DNA of 64,000 nucleotides from Candidatus Falkowbacteria bacterium (GCA_016214745.1 JACRNW010000001.1:1038-65037), one strand, 5' to 3'; positions 46,062-56,234 are shown, counted from the first letter of the stretch. Numbers and translations: made by a program. Notes: generated by a model not told the origin, from the letters alone.

Positions 46062-47576
46062 TCATTTAACGGGGTGAATTTTTTTAACTACTCCTTTTGT
46101 CGCGTATACTTCAACTAAATCTCCATCCTTCAAAACCTTCGTCGCGATTTTTGTTCCGATGACGCAAGGTTTTTTCATTTCTCGGGCGACAATGGCCGCG
46201 TGGCACATAATGCCGCCTTCGTCAGTGACAATAGCCGCAGCTTTGCGAATGGCGGGCATTAAGTTTGGGCTAGTGGCGGCGGAAACCAAAATATCTTTTT
46301 CATTCATTTTTTTTATTTCTTCGGGAGTATTTATCAACTTCACCTTTCCCCTTGCCTTACCCTTAAAGGCGACTGCCCCAGTAATTTCCTTCACCGCTTT
46401 TATCTCTTTCTCTTTCCCGGCATTCTCGTGAAAAAAATCTTGCGCCTGTTTACCGGTCAGACAAAGTTTTCTTCCGCCCTTTCTCCCGTAAACAACTAAT
46501 TTAATTCGTTCGTTAATAACGCCAGAATTAATTTTCCCCCTAAGCAATGCCTCTTCCATTTCTTCCGGCAACATCATCCTGACTTGTTTCAAACTTAGAC
46601 GTAAACGTTTTGCAATTTCTTTTAGTAAAAATTCTGCGTGATAGTATGACCAGGTTTGTAATTCGCGGCGATAAGGTTTGAAAAAGACCAAATCCCTGGC
46701 TAACTCAATGATATTCCGCTCGTAATCGTTGGCTTTAATTTGTTTTAATATTTTCTTTTGCTGTGATCTAATATCTGATTTACTCTTTTTGTGTTCTGCT
46801 ATTTCCTTGGAGGGATTTATTTCCCGACGAATAAAATCTTTGATTATATCAAGAAAATAAATATGATCTGCCGCCGGTCCCTCGTAAACGTAATGCACCC
46901 AAGCGTATCTTTGGGTATGATTATCCACCAACCGCCAAACTTTTTTATTATTCTCCCTAATATATTTTACTAATTCTTGTGAATCTAAAACTTTAAATTT
47001 CTTTTCCAAATTTTTATATTTTTTAATTTGAATCAAAACTTTCAAGAGATCCAACTCCTGCTGTTTATTAAAGGTTTCACGCAAGGGCGTAGTCAGTTCT
47101 CCAAAATATTTTTCCGCTTTTTTATTTTTAAGAATTCTATTTAATTCATCCGATAAAAAAGTCGTGTTTTGATAATCCAAGAGGGGAGAAATTAAACCAT
47201 ACGCATACACTTCTTGATTTGATAACACATAATGCTGATAATAATTGTTCAAAACTCTATTACTCTTTCCTTTTAAATTACTTTTAAAAATTTTCGTAAA
47301 AGATGCCTGTTCCAAACCAAGTTTTTCCATTTGCGAAAAAATATTTCTCAAAAAATTTTGATTTTTCTTAATTAGTTTTACAATTGCAAAATGTGCCGCG
47401 CCCCAATTACTCGGCAGATGATAATACTCAATCGCGTTATTCTCAATTTTGAAAAAAAGGTCCCCCGACTTCCCTATTATCTTTTTTATATTTTTGCTGA
47501 ACGCTTCTACCATCGTGAATATGGGAAATAGAGAAACAACATATTCATTGGCTATCTTTTGCCATTTTTCTTTCAT
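46062..47576 (-). CDS. phosphohistidine swivel domain protein, paralog 3
   Basis: [30 protein letters not shown], plus the shared N-domain motif QRYAWVHYVYEGP. Confidence 0.75.
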   Translation of the reverse strand: MKEKWQKIANEYVVSLFPIFTMVEAFSKNIKKIIGKSGDLFFKIENNAIEYYHLPSNWGAAHFAIVKLIKKNQNFLRNIFSQMEKLGLEQASFTKIFKSNLKGKSNRVLNNYYQHYVLSNQEVYAYGLISPLLDYQNTTFLSDELNRILKNKKAEKYFGELTTPLRETFNKQQELDLLKVLIQIKKYKNLEKKFKVLDSQELVKYIRENNKKVWRLVDNHTQRYAWVHYVYEGPAADHIYFLDIIKDFIRREINPSKEIAEHKKSKSDIRSQQKKILKQIKANDYERNIIELARDLVFFKPYRRELQTWSYYHAEFLLKEIAKRLRLSLKQVRMMLPEEMEEALLRGKINSGVINERIKLVVYGRKGGRKLCLTGKQAQDFFHENAGKEKEIKAVKEITGAVAFKGKARGKVKLINTPEEIKKMNEKDILVSAATSPNLMPAIRKAAAIVTDEGGIMCHAAIVAREMKKPCVIGTKIATKVLKDGDLVEVYATKGVVKKIHPVK

Positions 47577-47591
47577 ATTTTTACTATTAAT

Positions 47592-49127
47592 TTACTTAAT
47601 TACTTTTACCACTCCCTTTGTCGCGTCTACTTCCACCAAATCTCCGTCTTTTAAAATTTTACTAGCATTTTTTGTACCAATAATACATGGCTTATTCATC
47701 TCGCGCGCGACGATTGCCGCATGAGAAGTAATGCCGCCGATATCTGTCACGAAAGCCGCGGCTAATTTCATGGCTGGCAAAAGCTGAGGAATGGTTTGAA
47801 CTGCCACTAGAATATCATCTTTTTTTATTTTCTTCATCTCGTACGGCTCGTTGATAATTTTCACCACTCCCCTAACCTTGCCGGCGCAGGCAATATTACC
47901 TTTAATAACACCTGTTTTGACTACCCGCTCGATCTGGAATTTTTCTCTGATAATTTTTTCGGCTTTTTCCCCGGTAAAAATTCTTAAATCGTTAAGATCC
48001 TTAACGTAATTTACGCAAAAATTATATCTTTGTCTCAACATGCTAACCCTGGGAATTTTTCCGCCCCTTAGCATTCTAATGAACTCGAATCTGGTTAAAT
48101 TTTGTAAATCCTTGTAATCTTTTCCTGAACTCCGGGCAAATCTTTTTAAGGATAAGGTCAAAAGGTAAAAAGTGAAAAATAGTAATTCTGAACGAATCAT
48201 CTTTGCTCCGGCAAATTCTCGGGCAGTCTCAAAATAATGCCTTTCACCCTCATCCAAATTAAGCTCTTTGAAATACTGCTCTTGCAATTTAATCAAAGGT
48301 CGCAAGTCAACTGATTCTTTTAAATTTCCTAATTCTTTTTTATCTTCTAAAATCACCTCTATTTTTTCTATTAATTTTTTCAGATCCATTTCTGGGCCAA
48401 TGTGACCGTAGTCTATCCATCTAAACTGATAAACCAAATCATTCAATCCCGAGAACAAGGCGGGGTAATTCCTTTTCAATAATGAAAATAACCTTGGGGT
48501 CGGGCTTTCCAAAAAAATATTTTTTATTTTTAATCTTTCTATTTCCTGACAAATATCAAATAATTTCTTTTTAAAAATAAAACTTTTTGTTTTTAACGAT
48601 GTCTTACCTAAAACGCCCACATAACTCCCAAGGGATCTTTTCAATTTATATTGCTCAATCTTTTTATTAACAATTTTTTCCAAAGCGTTGGAAAGCCCGT
48701 AGTGACTTAAATCGGCCATCACTGCTCCAAACCCCACGCTGCAAATTTTAAAAAATGTTTCAATTGCCTCTTCCCATTTATCGGCTATCTTTTTGAAATT
48801 GGGATTTTCATTTTCCAACAAATCAAAGATTTCATAATATTTTTTATAAAGATCAACCGCAATCTCTTCGGTTTTGATCAATATCTTTTTCCCATAATTT
48901 TTTTCACTATGAATCTTCTTGGCAATTTTTTCTCCCAAAACCCGCAAAATATCTGGATTGCAAAACCATTCTTCCGTGCCTCCTTTAAAGAGGACATAAT
49001 TATCTCTCATCCGGGGCAATCCCAAATATTCCTCTATTAATTTATGAGAAAATGCTTCTTGGTTAATGGTAATATTAAGAAAAACGGTATTATTTTCTTT
49101 GTGGGTTGAAACGTATTTCTTTTCCAT
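47592..49127 (-). CDS. phosphohistidine swivel domain protein, paralog 4
   Basis: [30 protein letters not shown], plus the N-domain motif QFRWIDYGHIGP. Confidence 0.75.
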   Translation of the reverse strand: MEKKYVSTHKENNTVFLNITINQEAFSHKLIEEYLGLPRMRDNYVLFKGGTEEWFCNPDILRVLGEKIAKKIHSEKNYGKKILIKTEEIAVDLYKKYYEIFDLLENENPNFKKIADKWEEAIETFFKICSVGFGAVMADLSHYGLSNALEKIVNKKIEQYKLKRSLGSYVGVLGKTSLKTKSFIFKKKLFDICQEIERLKIKNIFLESPTPRLFSLLKRNYPALFSGLNDLVYQFRWIDYGHIGPEMDLKKLIEKIEVILEDKKELGNLKESVDLRPLIKLQEQYFKELNLDEGERHYFETAREFAGAKMIRSELLFFTFYLLTLSLKRFARSSGKDYKDLQNLTRFEFIRMLRGGKIPRVSMLRQRYNFCVNYVKDLNDLRIFTGEKAEKIIREKFQIERVVKTGVIKGNIACAGKVRGVVKIINEPYEMKKIKKDDILVAVQTIPQLLPAMKLAAAFVTDIGGITSHAAIVAREMNKPCIIGTKNASKILKDGDLVEVDATKGVVKVIK

Positions 49128-49136
49128 AAAATATTC

Positions 49137-50675
49137 TTAAATTTTTTTCACAATCCCCCTTGTCGCATCAACCTCCACTAAATCTCCATCCCTCAAAACT
49201 TTCGTAGCAATTTTCGTGCCGACGACACAGGGAATTTTTAATTCCCGAGAGACAATCGCCGCATGGCACGTCAAACCGCCAACGTTCGTAACAATAGCCG
49301 AAGCAAGTTTCATGGCCGGAACAAGAGCCGGATAAGTTGTTTCGCTCAACATCACATCTCCCTTTTTCATTTTTTTCAAATCATCTACTGTCTCAATTAT
49401 TGACACTCGCCCCTTCGCCCTTCCTGGCGAAGCGCAAATCCCAAATAATTTTTCTACTTTTTTAACTTTCTGTTCAACAAATGTAGATCTGTCCAGAAAT
49501 TCCTGCGCCGCCTTACCGATATAAACCACCGGCCGATGAACGCTATCGGTATAAATCAGACTAAAATTATATCTCTCATTTAATTTGTTGGCATCATACT
49601 TATCTTTTAATAATGCGTCTTTCACCTCCCAATTACAGAAAAATCTTACCTGCCTTAAACTTAAACCAAGTCTTCGTCCAATTTCTTTGGCTATTTTATC
49701 CAAAACATAGGCGCCATAATACATACAATCTTTGCGCCAACTCTTCAACCAAACAATATCTCTTGCGATATCAAAAAGTTTTTTCTCTTTCTTGCTAAAA
49801 TTTAATTGTTTAAAAATTTTTACCCTTTTTTTCTTTATCTCCGCAAATTTATTCTTACCCTCTTCTATCAATTCCTCAATATTATTTTGTTTCAGAAGTC
49901 CTCGCCAAATTTCCAAAAAATATTCTAATTCAAGAACTGGCCCTTCGTAGTTATAGTGTAACCAAAGATATTTTTGATAATGCTTTTTTATCTTCTGTTG
50001 TAAAGAGGGGCTAATCTTGTTCAGATTTTTTTTGATCTCATCAATATTATTTTTCAAAAATAAATTTTTTGTTTTCTGATCTTTTTTCAACAACTTAACT
50101 AACTCTAATGATTCTTTTGATTCAATCTCAATAAAACTGGATTTTTCGGGGGTGGTAAGAACACTAAATGTCTCTGATAATTTTTGATCAGATTTAACTT
50201 TCTTTTTTAATAAATCTAAAAGATAATTACTAAAAAGTTGGCGATCAGCTTCCAGGAGCCACGTGGTTATTTGTCCAGGAAGATGAGACCAATATTGGCG
50301 GTCAATCAATTGATCAAAAACTCCCGCCAATTGCTTGCCTGATAGTGCCGAAAAATCTTTATTTTCTAAACTTTTTGCAAAAGAAAAATAATTCTTGGTA
50401 TATTTTACCAATTCTGAATTTCTTTTTTCTGTCCATTCGGGATATTTAACAGTTTTATTGAGCAAAAAATTTATACCCTTAGTAAAATCATCTCTTAAAT
50501 AACAAAGTGTAAGCGTGCCTTCATTTACAATAAATAAAACATGCTTGAAGTGTGGGCCGCCGCCTTTTTTCTCTATGTAAGTACCGTACTCTTCAAGAAA
50601 CGGCACAAGCATAAGGTAGTTGCACTTTGGGATTTTTTCAATTTTGAACCATCTAAATTTCTTTATTTCTTCCAT
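49137..50675 (-). CDS. phosphohistidine swivel domain protein, paralog 5
   Basis: ASAIVTNVGGLTCHAAIVSRELKIPCVVGT, plus N-domain motifs QKYLWLHYNYEGP and [13 protein letters not shown]. Confidence 0.75.
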   Translation of the reverse strand: MEEIKKFRWFKIEKIPKCNYLMLVPFLEEYGTYIEKKGGGPHFKHVLFIVNEGTLTLCYLRDDFTKGINFLLNKTVKYPEWTEKRNSELVKYTKNYFSFAKSLENKDFSALSGKQLAGVFDQLIDRQYWSHLPGQITTWLLEADRQLFSNYLLDLLKKKVKSDQKLSETFSVLTTPEKSSFIEIESKESLELVKLLKKDQKTKNLFLKNNIDEIKKNLNKISPSLQQKIKKHYQKYLWLHYNYEGPVLELEYFLEIWRGLLKQNNIEELIEEGKNKFAEIKKKRVKIFKQLNFSKKEKKLFDIARDIVWLKSWRKDCMYYGAYVLDKIAKEIGRRLGLSLRQVRFFCNWEVKDALLKDKYDANKLNERYNFSLIYTDSVHRPVVYIGKAAQEFLDRSTFVEQKVKKVEKLFGICASPGRAKGRVSIIETVDDLKKMKKGDVMLSETTYPALVPAMKLASAIVTNVGGLTCHAAIVSRELKIPCVVGTKIATKVLRDGDLVEVDATRGIVKKI

Positions 50676-50736
50676 ATATTTTGATACTTTATGTATTTTA
50701 TCTAATTTTACTCCTATTCTCCCCCTTTTGCCAAAT

Positions 50737-50893
50737 CCCGTTAGAAGTTCTCGTCATAAAAATTTACCGAAAATTTTTATGAGCAAAAACCGTCGAAGTT
50801 ATTATTTTTTAATATCTTTGCTCAACTATTTTTTAACTTAGATCAAACAAACTTCTAACGGGACAAACCATTCTTCATCTTTTCGTCATAAAA
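50737..50893. promoter_or_regulatory. divergent promoter region with inverted 13-mer (CCCGTTAGAAGTT / AACTTCTAACGGG) and direct 11-mer (TCGTCATAAAA x2) repeats
   Basis: 50737..50749 pairs with 50850..50862 as an inverted pair. 50751..50761 and 50883..50893 are a direct repeat. The region lies between the paralog-5 start and the Zn-ribbon gene. Confidence 0.4.
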
Positions 50894-50910
50894 TAAATAT
50901 ATAATAAAAG

Positions 50911-51204
50911 GTGGTAAAATTTAAGATTAAAAATATGGACCAAGATTTGTGCTATTGCGGCGAAAGAGCTGTCCGCGGCGAAGGACTACTCCGGAATACA
51001 ATGTCCTGCCCGGCTTGCGGCAGTGAGTGGGAAATCACTCATTGTTGGAATTGCGGCGAACAAATTGACGGACGCTTTTCTTCCACCTGCCGCTCATGCA
51101 GCTGGTATCTCTGCGCCAAATGCGGGGCCCACGAACCGGATTGCACGCACACAATCAAGGCAAGTTTGAAAAACGCCGCCCACTACCAGGGCACTTTTAT
51201 CTAA
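50911..51204 (+). CDS. small Cys-rich zinc-ribbon protein (4x CxxC)
   Basis: CYCGE...CPACGSEW...CWNCGE...CRSCSWYLCAKCG. The start could be GTG 50911 or ATG 50935. Confidence 0.5.
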   Translation: MVKFKIKNMDQDLCYCGERAVRGEGLLRNTMSCPACGSEWEITHCWNCGEQIDGRFSSTCRSCSWYLCAKCGAHEPDCTHTIKASLKNAAHYQGTFI

Positions 51205-51257
51205 ACATCTAAAAAAATTAAAAAAAAGGCCGCGTCGCCTCTTTTTTGTTATCTAAA

Positions 51258-52508
51258 TTATTTTGCTGGACTATTTATAATTTCAATCGCTTTGTCCATC
51301 TGCGGATCGCGATTAGCGTTGTAATCTTCCTCGGTCAGTTTAATTTCCACGTCTGGCGCTATTCCCTCTTTATCAATTTGCCTGCCTTTTGGCGTGAGCC
51401 ACTCGGCCACGGTAATTTTCACTGCCGAGCCGTCTGGCAACGGTTCCAAGTTTTGAACTGATCCTTTGCCAAAAGTTTTTTCTCCCACAAGCGTTGCCTT
51501 GCCATAATCTTGCAGAGCACCGCCAACAATTTCCGAAGCCGAGGCAGAACCCTGGTTTACCAAAACCACGGTTTTTAAATTTTCCAATCTGGCAAGCCCG
51601 CTTGAACGTTCTTCATTTTTTTGACCGTCGTCCATTTGTTCCACCACAATAACGTCGTTTGAAACCCACTCACCCGCCACTTCCACCGCCGTGTCCAAAA
51701 ATCCGCCGGGATTATTTCTAAGATCCAAAATTAAACCCTTGGGATTTTTTGCGATAAGTTCCGTGACGGCCTGGTTAAATCTTCTTGTCGTATCTTCATT
51801 AAAATGATTAATTTCTATGTAGGCAATATCACCTTTCATTTCCCATTTAACGCTCGCAACTTCAATCTGATCGCGCGTAATTTTAAAATCCTCTGACTTT
51901 TCCCAACCTTCTCGCCAAATGGTCAAAGTAACATCCGTTCCTTTTTCTCCGCGAATAATGCTCACGGCATAATCAAGCGCCATATCGGTCGTGTCCTTGC
52001 CGTCAATGGCCAAAATCCTGTCGCCCGCTTTGAGTCCGGCTTTCTCGGCCGGCGTATCGGGTAATGGCGCGATAATTGTCAGTTGTTTATTTTTAATTCC
52101 AAGCTCGGCGCCAATTCCGGAAAAAGTTCCTTCCAATTCCTTTTTAAAATCTTCCGCGGTTTGGGGATCAAAAAAAACTGAATACGGATCATCCAGCGAA
52201 GAAATAATTCCCGCGAGCGCTCCATAAAAAAGTTTCGTGTCCTGAACCGGCTGATGAACATAATCATTTTTTGCCAAATCCCAAACTTGCCAGAAAAGAT
52301 TAAAATCAATATCTTTAGACAAATATTCCGGAATCTGATTTCTATTCTGGACTTGCCCGCCGTAAAATTCTTTTTCTGCTTCAATTTTTCCTTGCCTCGC
52401 TCCCAACGCCATGCCGCCCAAAAACCCGCCCAAAACTAAAATCGCGAGAACATAAACAGCGGCGTATTTAAAAATAAATTTGTGTTTTTCAATAAATTTA
52501 AATATCAT
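51258..52508 (-). CDS. carboxyl-terminal processing protease (S41, CtpA-like) with PDZ domain
   Basis: N-terminal TM helix, PDZ (GLKAGDRILAIDG) and catalytic LVNQGSASASEIVGGALQD with the following Lys. Confidence 0.85.
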   Translation of the reverse strand: MIFKFIEKHKFIFKYAAVYVLAILVLGGFLGGMALGARQGKIEAEKEFYGGQVQNRNQIPEYLSKDIDFNLFWQVWDLAKNDYVHQPVQDTKLFYGALAGIISSLDDPYSVFFDPQTAEDFKKELEGTFSGIGAELGIKNKQLTIIAPLPDTPAEKAGLKAGDRILAIDGKDTTDMALDYAVSIIRGEKGTDVTLTIWREGWEKSEDFKITRDQIEVASVKWEMKGDIAYIEINHFNEDTTRRFNQAVTELIAKNPKGLILDLRNNPGGFLDTAVEVAGEWVSNDVIVVEQMDDGQKNEERSSGLARLENLKTVVLVNQGSASASEIVGGALQDYGKATLVGEKTFGKGSVQNLEPLPDGSAVKITVAEWLTPKGRQIDKEGIAPDVEIKLTEEDYNANRDPQMDKAIEIINSPAK

Positions 52509-52542
52509 AAATTATTTTAAAACTTATTATTTATTAATTATT

Positions 52543-53799
52543 TTATTCAACTCTTTTTATTTTTGCTCCCAATCCATTGAGCCGCTCTTCAATTTTTTCA
52601 TATCCTCTATCCACAACCTGCGCTTCGTTAATAATTGTTTCGCCGGAAGCAATGAGGCCGGCAATAATTAAAGTGGCTCCGGCCCGTAAATCAAAACTTT
52701 TTATTTCCTGGCCTTGGAGTGGCGTCGGACCGGTAATAACCACCCTGTGCGGATCGGCCACGATGGCGTTCGCGCCCATTTTCACGAGTTCTCCGACATA
52801 ACCCATTCTTCCCTCAAAAAGCGGATCCTGGATTAGGGTCGTTCCCTGGCACTGAGTCGCCAAAACGCCGAACGGCGCCTGGAGATCGGTCGGAAAACCC
52901 GGGTACGGCAATGTTTGCAATCGGAAAGCCCGCAAAAATTTTCTCGGTTTAATTTTTAAATAATCTTTGCCAACTTCTAAATTCACGCCTGCTTCTTGCA
53001 ATTTAAGCAAAATAATTTCAAGATGGGCCGGAATAATATTTTCAATCGTAACCTCGCCGCCCGATACCGCCGCGGCCACGGCCAAAGTTCCGATTTCAAT
53101 CTGGTCAGGAATCAAAGTATGGCGCGGGCCGGAAAGTTTCTCCACACCATCTATAATCAACGTGTGAGTTCCTCCCCCGCTGATTTTCGCGCCCATACTG
53201 TTTAAAAATTTAATCAAATCCTGAACGTGCGGCTCGGCGGCGGCCAAATGAACCTCGGTTCTGCCTTTGGCCAAACTCGCGGCCATCAAGAGGTTCTCTG
53301 TTGCCGTAACGGAAAATTCTGGTAGAATTATAAGTGAACCAGTAAGACCTTCTGCTTCCAGAGTAAAACTGCCGTCCTTGCGCGTAATTTTCGCGCCAAG
53401 TTTTCCCAGGGCGTAAAAATGCGTGTCCGGCGGCCGGTTGCCGATAATGCAACCCCCCGGCTCGGGAATCGCCACTTTTTTAAAACGAGCCAAAAGCGGG
53501 CCTAAAAATAAAATTGATGAACGCATACTTTTGACAGCCTTTTCATCAAGCAATTTTATGTCGGCATCTTTAGCGCAAATTGTAACCTCATGATCTCCGG
53601 TCCATTCTACGCTTGCTCCCAAACTTTTTAAAATATCAAGCATTCGTATCACGTCGGAAATTTTCGGAACATTTGAAATTACGCATTCTTCGGAAGTTAA
53701 AAGAGTCGCCGCGATAATCGGCGTCGCCGCGTTCTTCATGCCGCTGGCTCTGATTTTTCCGCGCAAAGGCGCGCCCCCTTGAATAACAAATTTAGACAT
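52543..53799 (-). CDS. murA: UDP-N-acetylglucosamine 1-carboxyvinyltransferase
   Basis: MSKFVIQGGAPLRGKIRASGMKNAATPIIAATLL... shows the EPSP-synthase fold, with the active-site Cys in ...PGGCIIGNRP. Confidence 0.9.
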   Translation of the reverse strand: MSKFVIQGGAPLRGKIRASGMKNAATPIIAATLLTSEECVISNVPKISDVIRMLDILKSLGASVEWTGDHEVTICAKDADIKLLDEKAVKSMRSSILFLGPLLARFKKVAIPEPGGCIIGNRPPDTHFYALGKLGAKITRKDGSFTLEAEGLTGSLIILPEFSVTATENLLMAASLAKGRTEVHLAAAEPHVQDLIKFLNSMGAKISGGGTHTLIIDGVEKLSGPRHTLIPDQIEIGTLAVAAAVSGGEVTIENIIPAHLEIILLKLQEAGVNLEVGKDYLKIKPRKFLRAFRLQTLPYPGFPTDLQAPFGVLATQCQGTTLIQDPLFEGRMGYVGELVKMGANAIVADPHRVVITGPTPLQGQEIKSFDLRAGATLIIAGLIASGETIINEAQVVDRGYEKIEERLNGLGAKIKRVE

Positions 53800-53894
53800 A
53801 TTATAACAGTTTAACTTTTTATAACAAAAAAATCAAGAGTCTATTTTCCGGTAAAATATTTAAACAAACTTAAAATAAAATTAAAAAATATTTT

Positions 53895-55049
53895 ATGAAT
53901 ATTCGCTACCGACGCATCGTTTATCTCTCTTTCATTTTTATATTCCTTATCATCACTCCCGTCGTCATTCTCTATACGGCCGGGTATCGTTATAATTTTC
54001 AAAAAAATAAAATTCAGAAAACCGGCATTTTGATTCTAAAATCAAATCCGTCGGGAGCATCAATTTATTTGAACGACGAATTAAGAACGGAAAAAACTCA
54101 GGCAAGAATCGCAAACCTCATGCCCGACGATTACAACATAAAAATTGAAAAAGAAAATTTTTATCCGTGGCAAAAAACTCTTCCCGTCCAAAGCCGCCTG
54201 ACCACTTTCGCGGAAAACATCACTCTTTTTGAAAAAAATTTACCGGTGGAAGTTGTTGAAACTAATTCCGAACTTTTTAGTCTTTCGCCCGATAAAGTAA
54301 AAATTGTTTATCTGGATAAAAAAGAAACTGGGGACGAAGTTTGGCTTTTAAATTTTAAAAATAATAAAAAAGATTTAATCTACAGAGTTTCTCGGGATTC
54401 GGGCGAAATCGCCAATTTGGAATGGAGCAATGACAACCAAAAAATACTGATTACCCTAAACGCTATCAACGGAACTGGACAAAATAAATATGTAATGTTA
54501 AATACGCAAACCGACGAAGTATTAATCTATCAAAAACTATCTGATTTTTACTTCACTTTCAAGGGCGTACCCATGAGTATCGCCGACGCTTCCCGCCTCC
54601 CTGACCTTGCTCTCTCGTCGGGGTATTCCGGCGTGGTCGCCGTGCTGGATAAAAAAACGAAAAATCTTCAAGTTCTTGAACCGACTACGGAAAACGTTAT
54701 TTTTGAAACAACGGCCGACAAGGCAATCTGGTCGGCCGACGCCAGAAAAATTTTATACACTACTGATTTCGAAATTTGGATTTACGATTTTAATACTTCG
54801 GGAAAAAAGCTCGTCAGCCGCTATAGCCAAGAAATAAAACAACTTGATTGGGTCAATGAAAATTATATTGCCGTCCTTTTAGACAACACCATAAAAATAA
54901 TTGAACTTGACGAACGGGACCAGAGAAACGTTGTTGACATTATTGCCCTAGATGAGATTAAAGATTTCTCTGTTGATCCGACTGAACAAAAAATCTACTT
55001 TTCCGGAATTGTCGGAAACAAAAAAGGAGTTTTCGCACTCCCATATTAA
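53895..55049 (+). CDS. membrane-anchored PEGA-domain protein with C-terminal beta-propeller-like region
   Basis: N-terminal TM helix. The PEGA domain reads ILKSNPSGASIYLNDELRTEKTQARIANLMPDDYNIKIEKENFYPWQKTL. Confidence 0.55.
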   Translation: MNIRYRRIVYLSFIFIFLIITPVVILYTAGYRYNFQKNKIQKTGILILKSNPSGASIYLNDELRTEKTQARIANLMPDDYNIKIEKENFYPWQKTLPVQSRLTTFAENITLFEKNLPVEVVETNSELFSLSPDKVKIVYLDKKETGDEVWLLNFKNNKKDLIYRVSRDSGEIANLEWSNDNQKILITLNAINGTGQNKYVMLNTQTDEVLIYQKLSDFYFTFKGVPMSIADASRLPDLALSSGYSGVVAVLDKKTKNLQVLEPTTENVIFETTADKAIWSADARKILYTTDFEIWIYDFNTSGKKLVSRYSQEIKQLDWVNENYIAVLLDNTIKIIELDERDQRNVVDIIALDEIKDFSVDPTEQKIYFSGIVGNKKGVFALPY

Positions 55050-55050
55050 T

Positions 55051-55160
55051 CTACAAATTACAAATTTAGTACAAATATACAAATCCTTGCCAACACGTTA
55101 ATCTAATAGAAATGTTCTTCACTGTTATTTGTATATTTGTAAATGATTTGTAATTTGTAG
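55051..55160. repeat. MITE-like palindromic intergenic element, family 1 copy R2
   Basis: CTACAAATTACAAATTTAGTACAAATATACAAAT...CACGTTAATCTAATAGAAATGTTCTTCACTGTT...ATTTGTATATTTGTAAATGATTTGTAATTTGTAG. It fills the whole intergenic gap. Confidence 0.6.
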
Positions 55161-55163
55161 TAT

Positions 55164-56234
55164 CTACAATTCCACCACCGAGTTGTCGCCAATAATCATT
55201 TTATGACCGAGCGGCAAACTGTCAGCGGACGAGGCAATCACCGCGTTATGACCGATTAAACTGTCAACAATCCTCTTGCCGCATTTTATTTCCGCGTTAT
55301 CAAAAATGATTGAGTGTTCAATTTCTGTATTTGTGATTTTGGTGTTATCGCCGATTGAAGTGTAGGGACCGATGTAACTGTCGTTAATCATACAATTCTT
55401 GCCGATTACAACCGGACCGCGAATCAATGATCTACCGCCGACATAAGTTCCTTTTTCAATTTTTACTTTTCCTTGGATAATTACTCCCGGGGCCACGTTG
55501 GCCTCATTTTTTATATCAGATAAATCATGCAAAATTAACTGATTGCCTTCAAGTAAATCTTCCGGTTTTCCCGTATCTTTCCACCAACCGGTAATTTCTT
55601 CATAACCGACATTAAATCCTTTTTCTATCAAATAAGTGTTGGCATCGGAAATTTCATATTCGCCGCGAGGTGATGGCGGAATATTTTCCACCGCGTCAAA
55701 AATACGATGGTCATAAATATAAATTCCCGTCTGAGCAAAATTGCTTTTGGGCTGATTTGGTTTTTCCTCAACGCGAAGAACTTTTCCGTTAGAAATCACC
55801 GGCACGCCGAATCTTTCAGGATCGGGTACGCGGGCAAAAGCTAAAAGAACATTAAGATTTTCGTTGACAAATTTATCAACAAATCTTTTAATGCTTCCTA
55901 AAATAATATTATCGCCAAGATAAAAAATAAAAGGTTCATCTCCGAGAAAATCTTTGGCATTTCGGACAATATGCGCCAGACCTTTAGGACCGCCCGTCTG
56001 TTCAATGTAGGAAATCTTGAGACCCCAACGGCTGCCGTCGCCAACTGCTGGCTGAATTTCTTTTTCGCCGGGATTGATATTAATGCCAACCTCTTTTATA
56101 CCAGTCTCAGCTATTTTTTCCAACGCGTAAAAAAGCATCGGCTTATTGGCGATGGGAATCAAATGTTTATTGGTTGTATAGGTAATCGGTCGGAGTCTTG
56201 TGGCGCGTCCTCCGGCCGTGATCAATGCTTTCAT
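55164..56234 (-). CDS. sugar-phosphate nucleotidyltransferase (RmlA/glucose-1-phosphate thymidylyltransferase-like) with C-terminal left-handed beta-helix
   Basis: MKALITAGGRATRLRPITYTTNKHLIPIANKPML, then C-terminal hexapeptide repeats. The start is taken at M16 of the track ORF (56234) to avoid overlap with rfbD. Confidence 0.7.
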   Translation of the reverse strand: MKALITAGGRATRLRPITYTTNKHLIPIANKPMLFYALEKIAETGIKEVGININPGEKEIQPAVGDGSRWGLKISYIEQTGGPKGLAHIVRNAKDFLGDEPFIFYLGDNIILGSIKRFVDKFVNENLNVLLAFARVPDPERFGVPVISNGKVLRVEEKPNQPKSNFAQTGIYIYDHRIFDAVENIPPSPRGEYEISDANTYLIEKGFNVGYEEITGWWKDTGKPEDLLEGNQLILHDLSDIKNEANVAPGVIIQGKVKIEKGTYVGGRSLIRGPVVIGKNCMINDSYIGPYTSIGDNTKITNTEIEHSIIFDNAEIKCGKRIVDSLIGHNAVIASSADSLPLGHKMIIGDNSVVEL

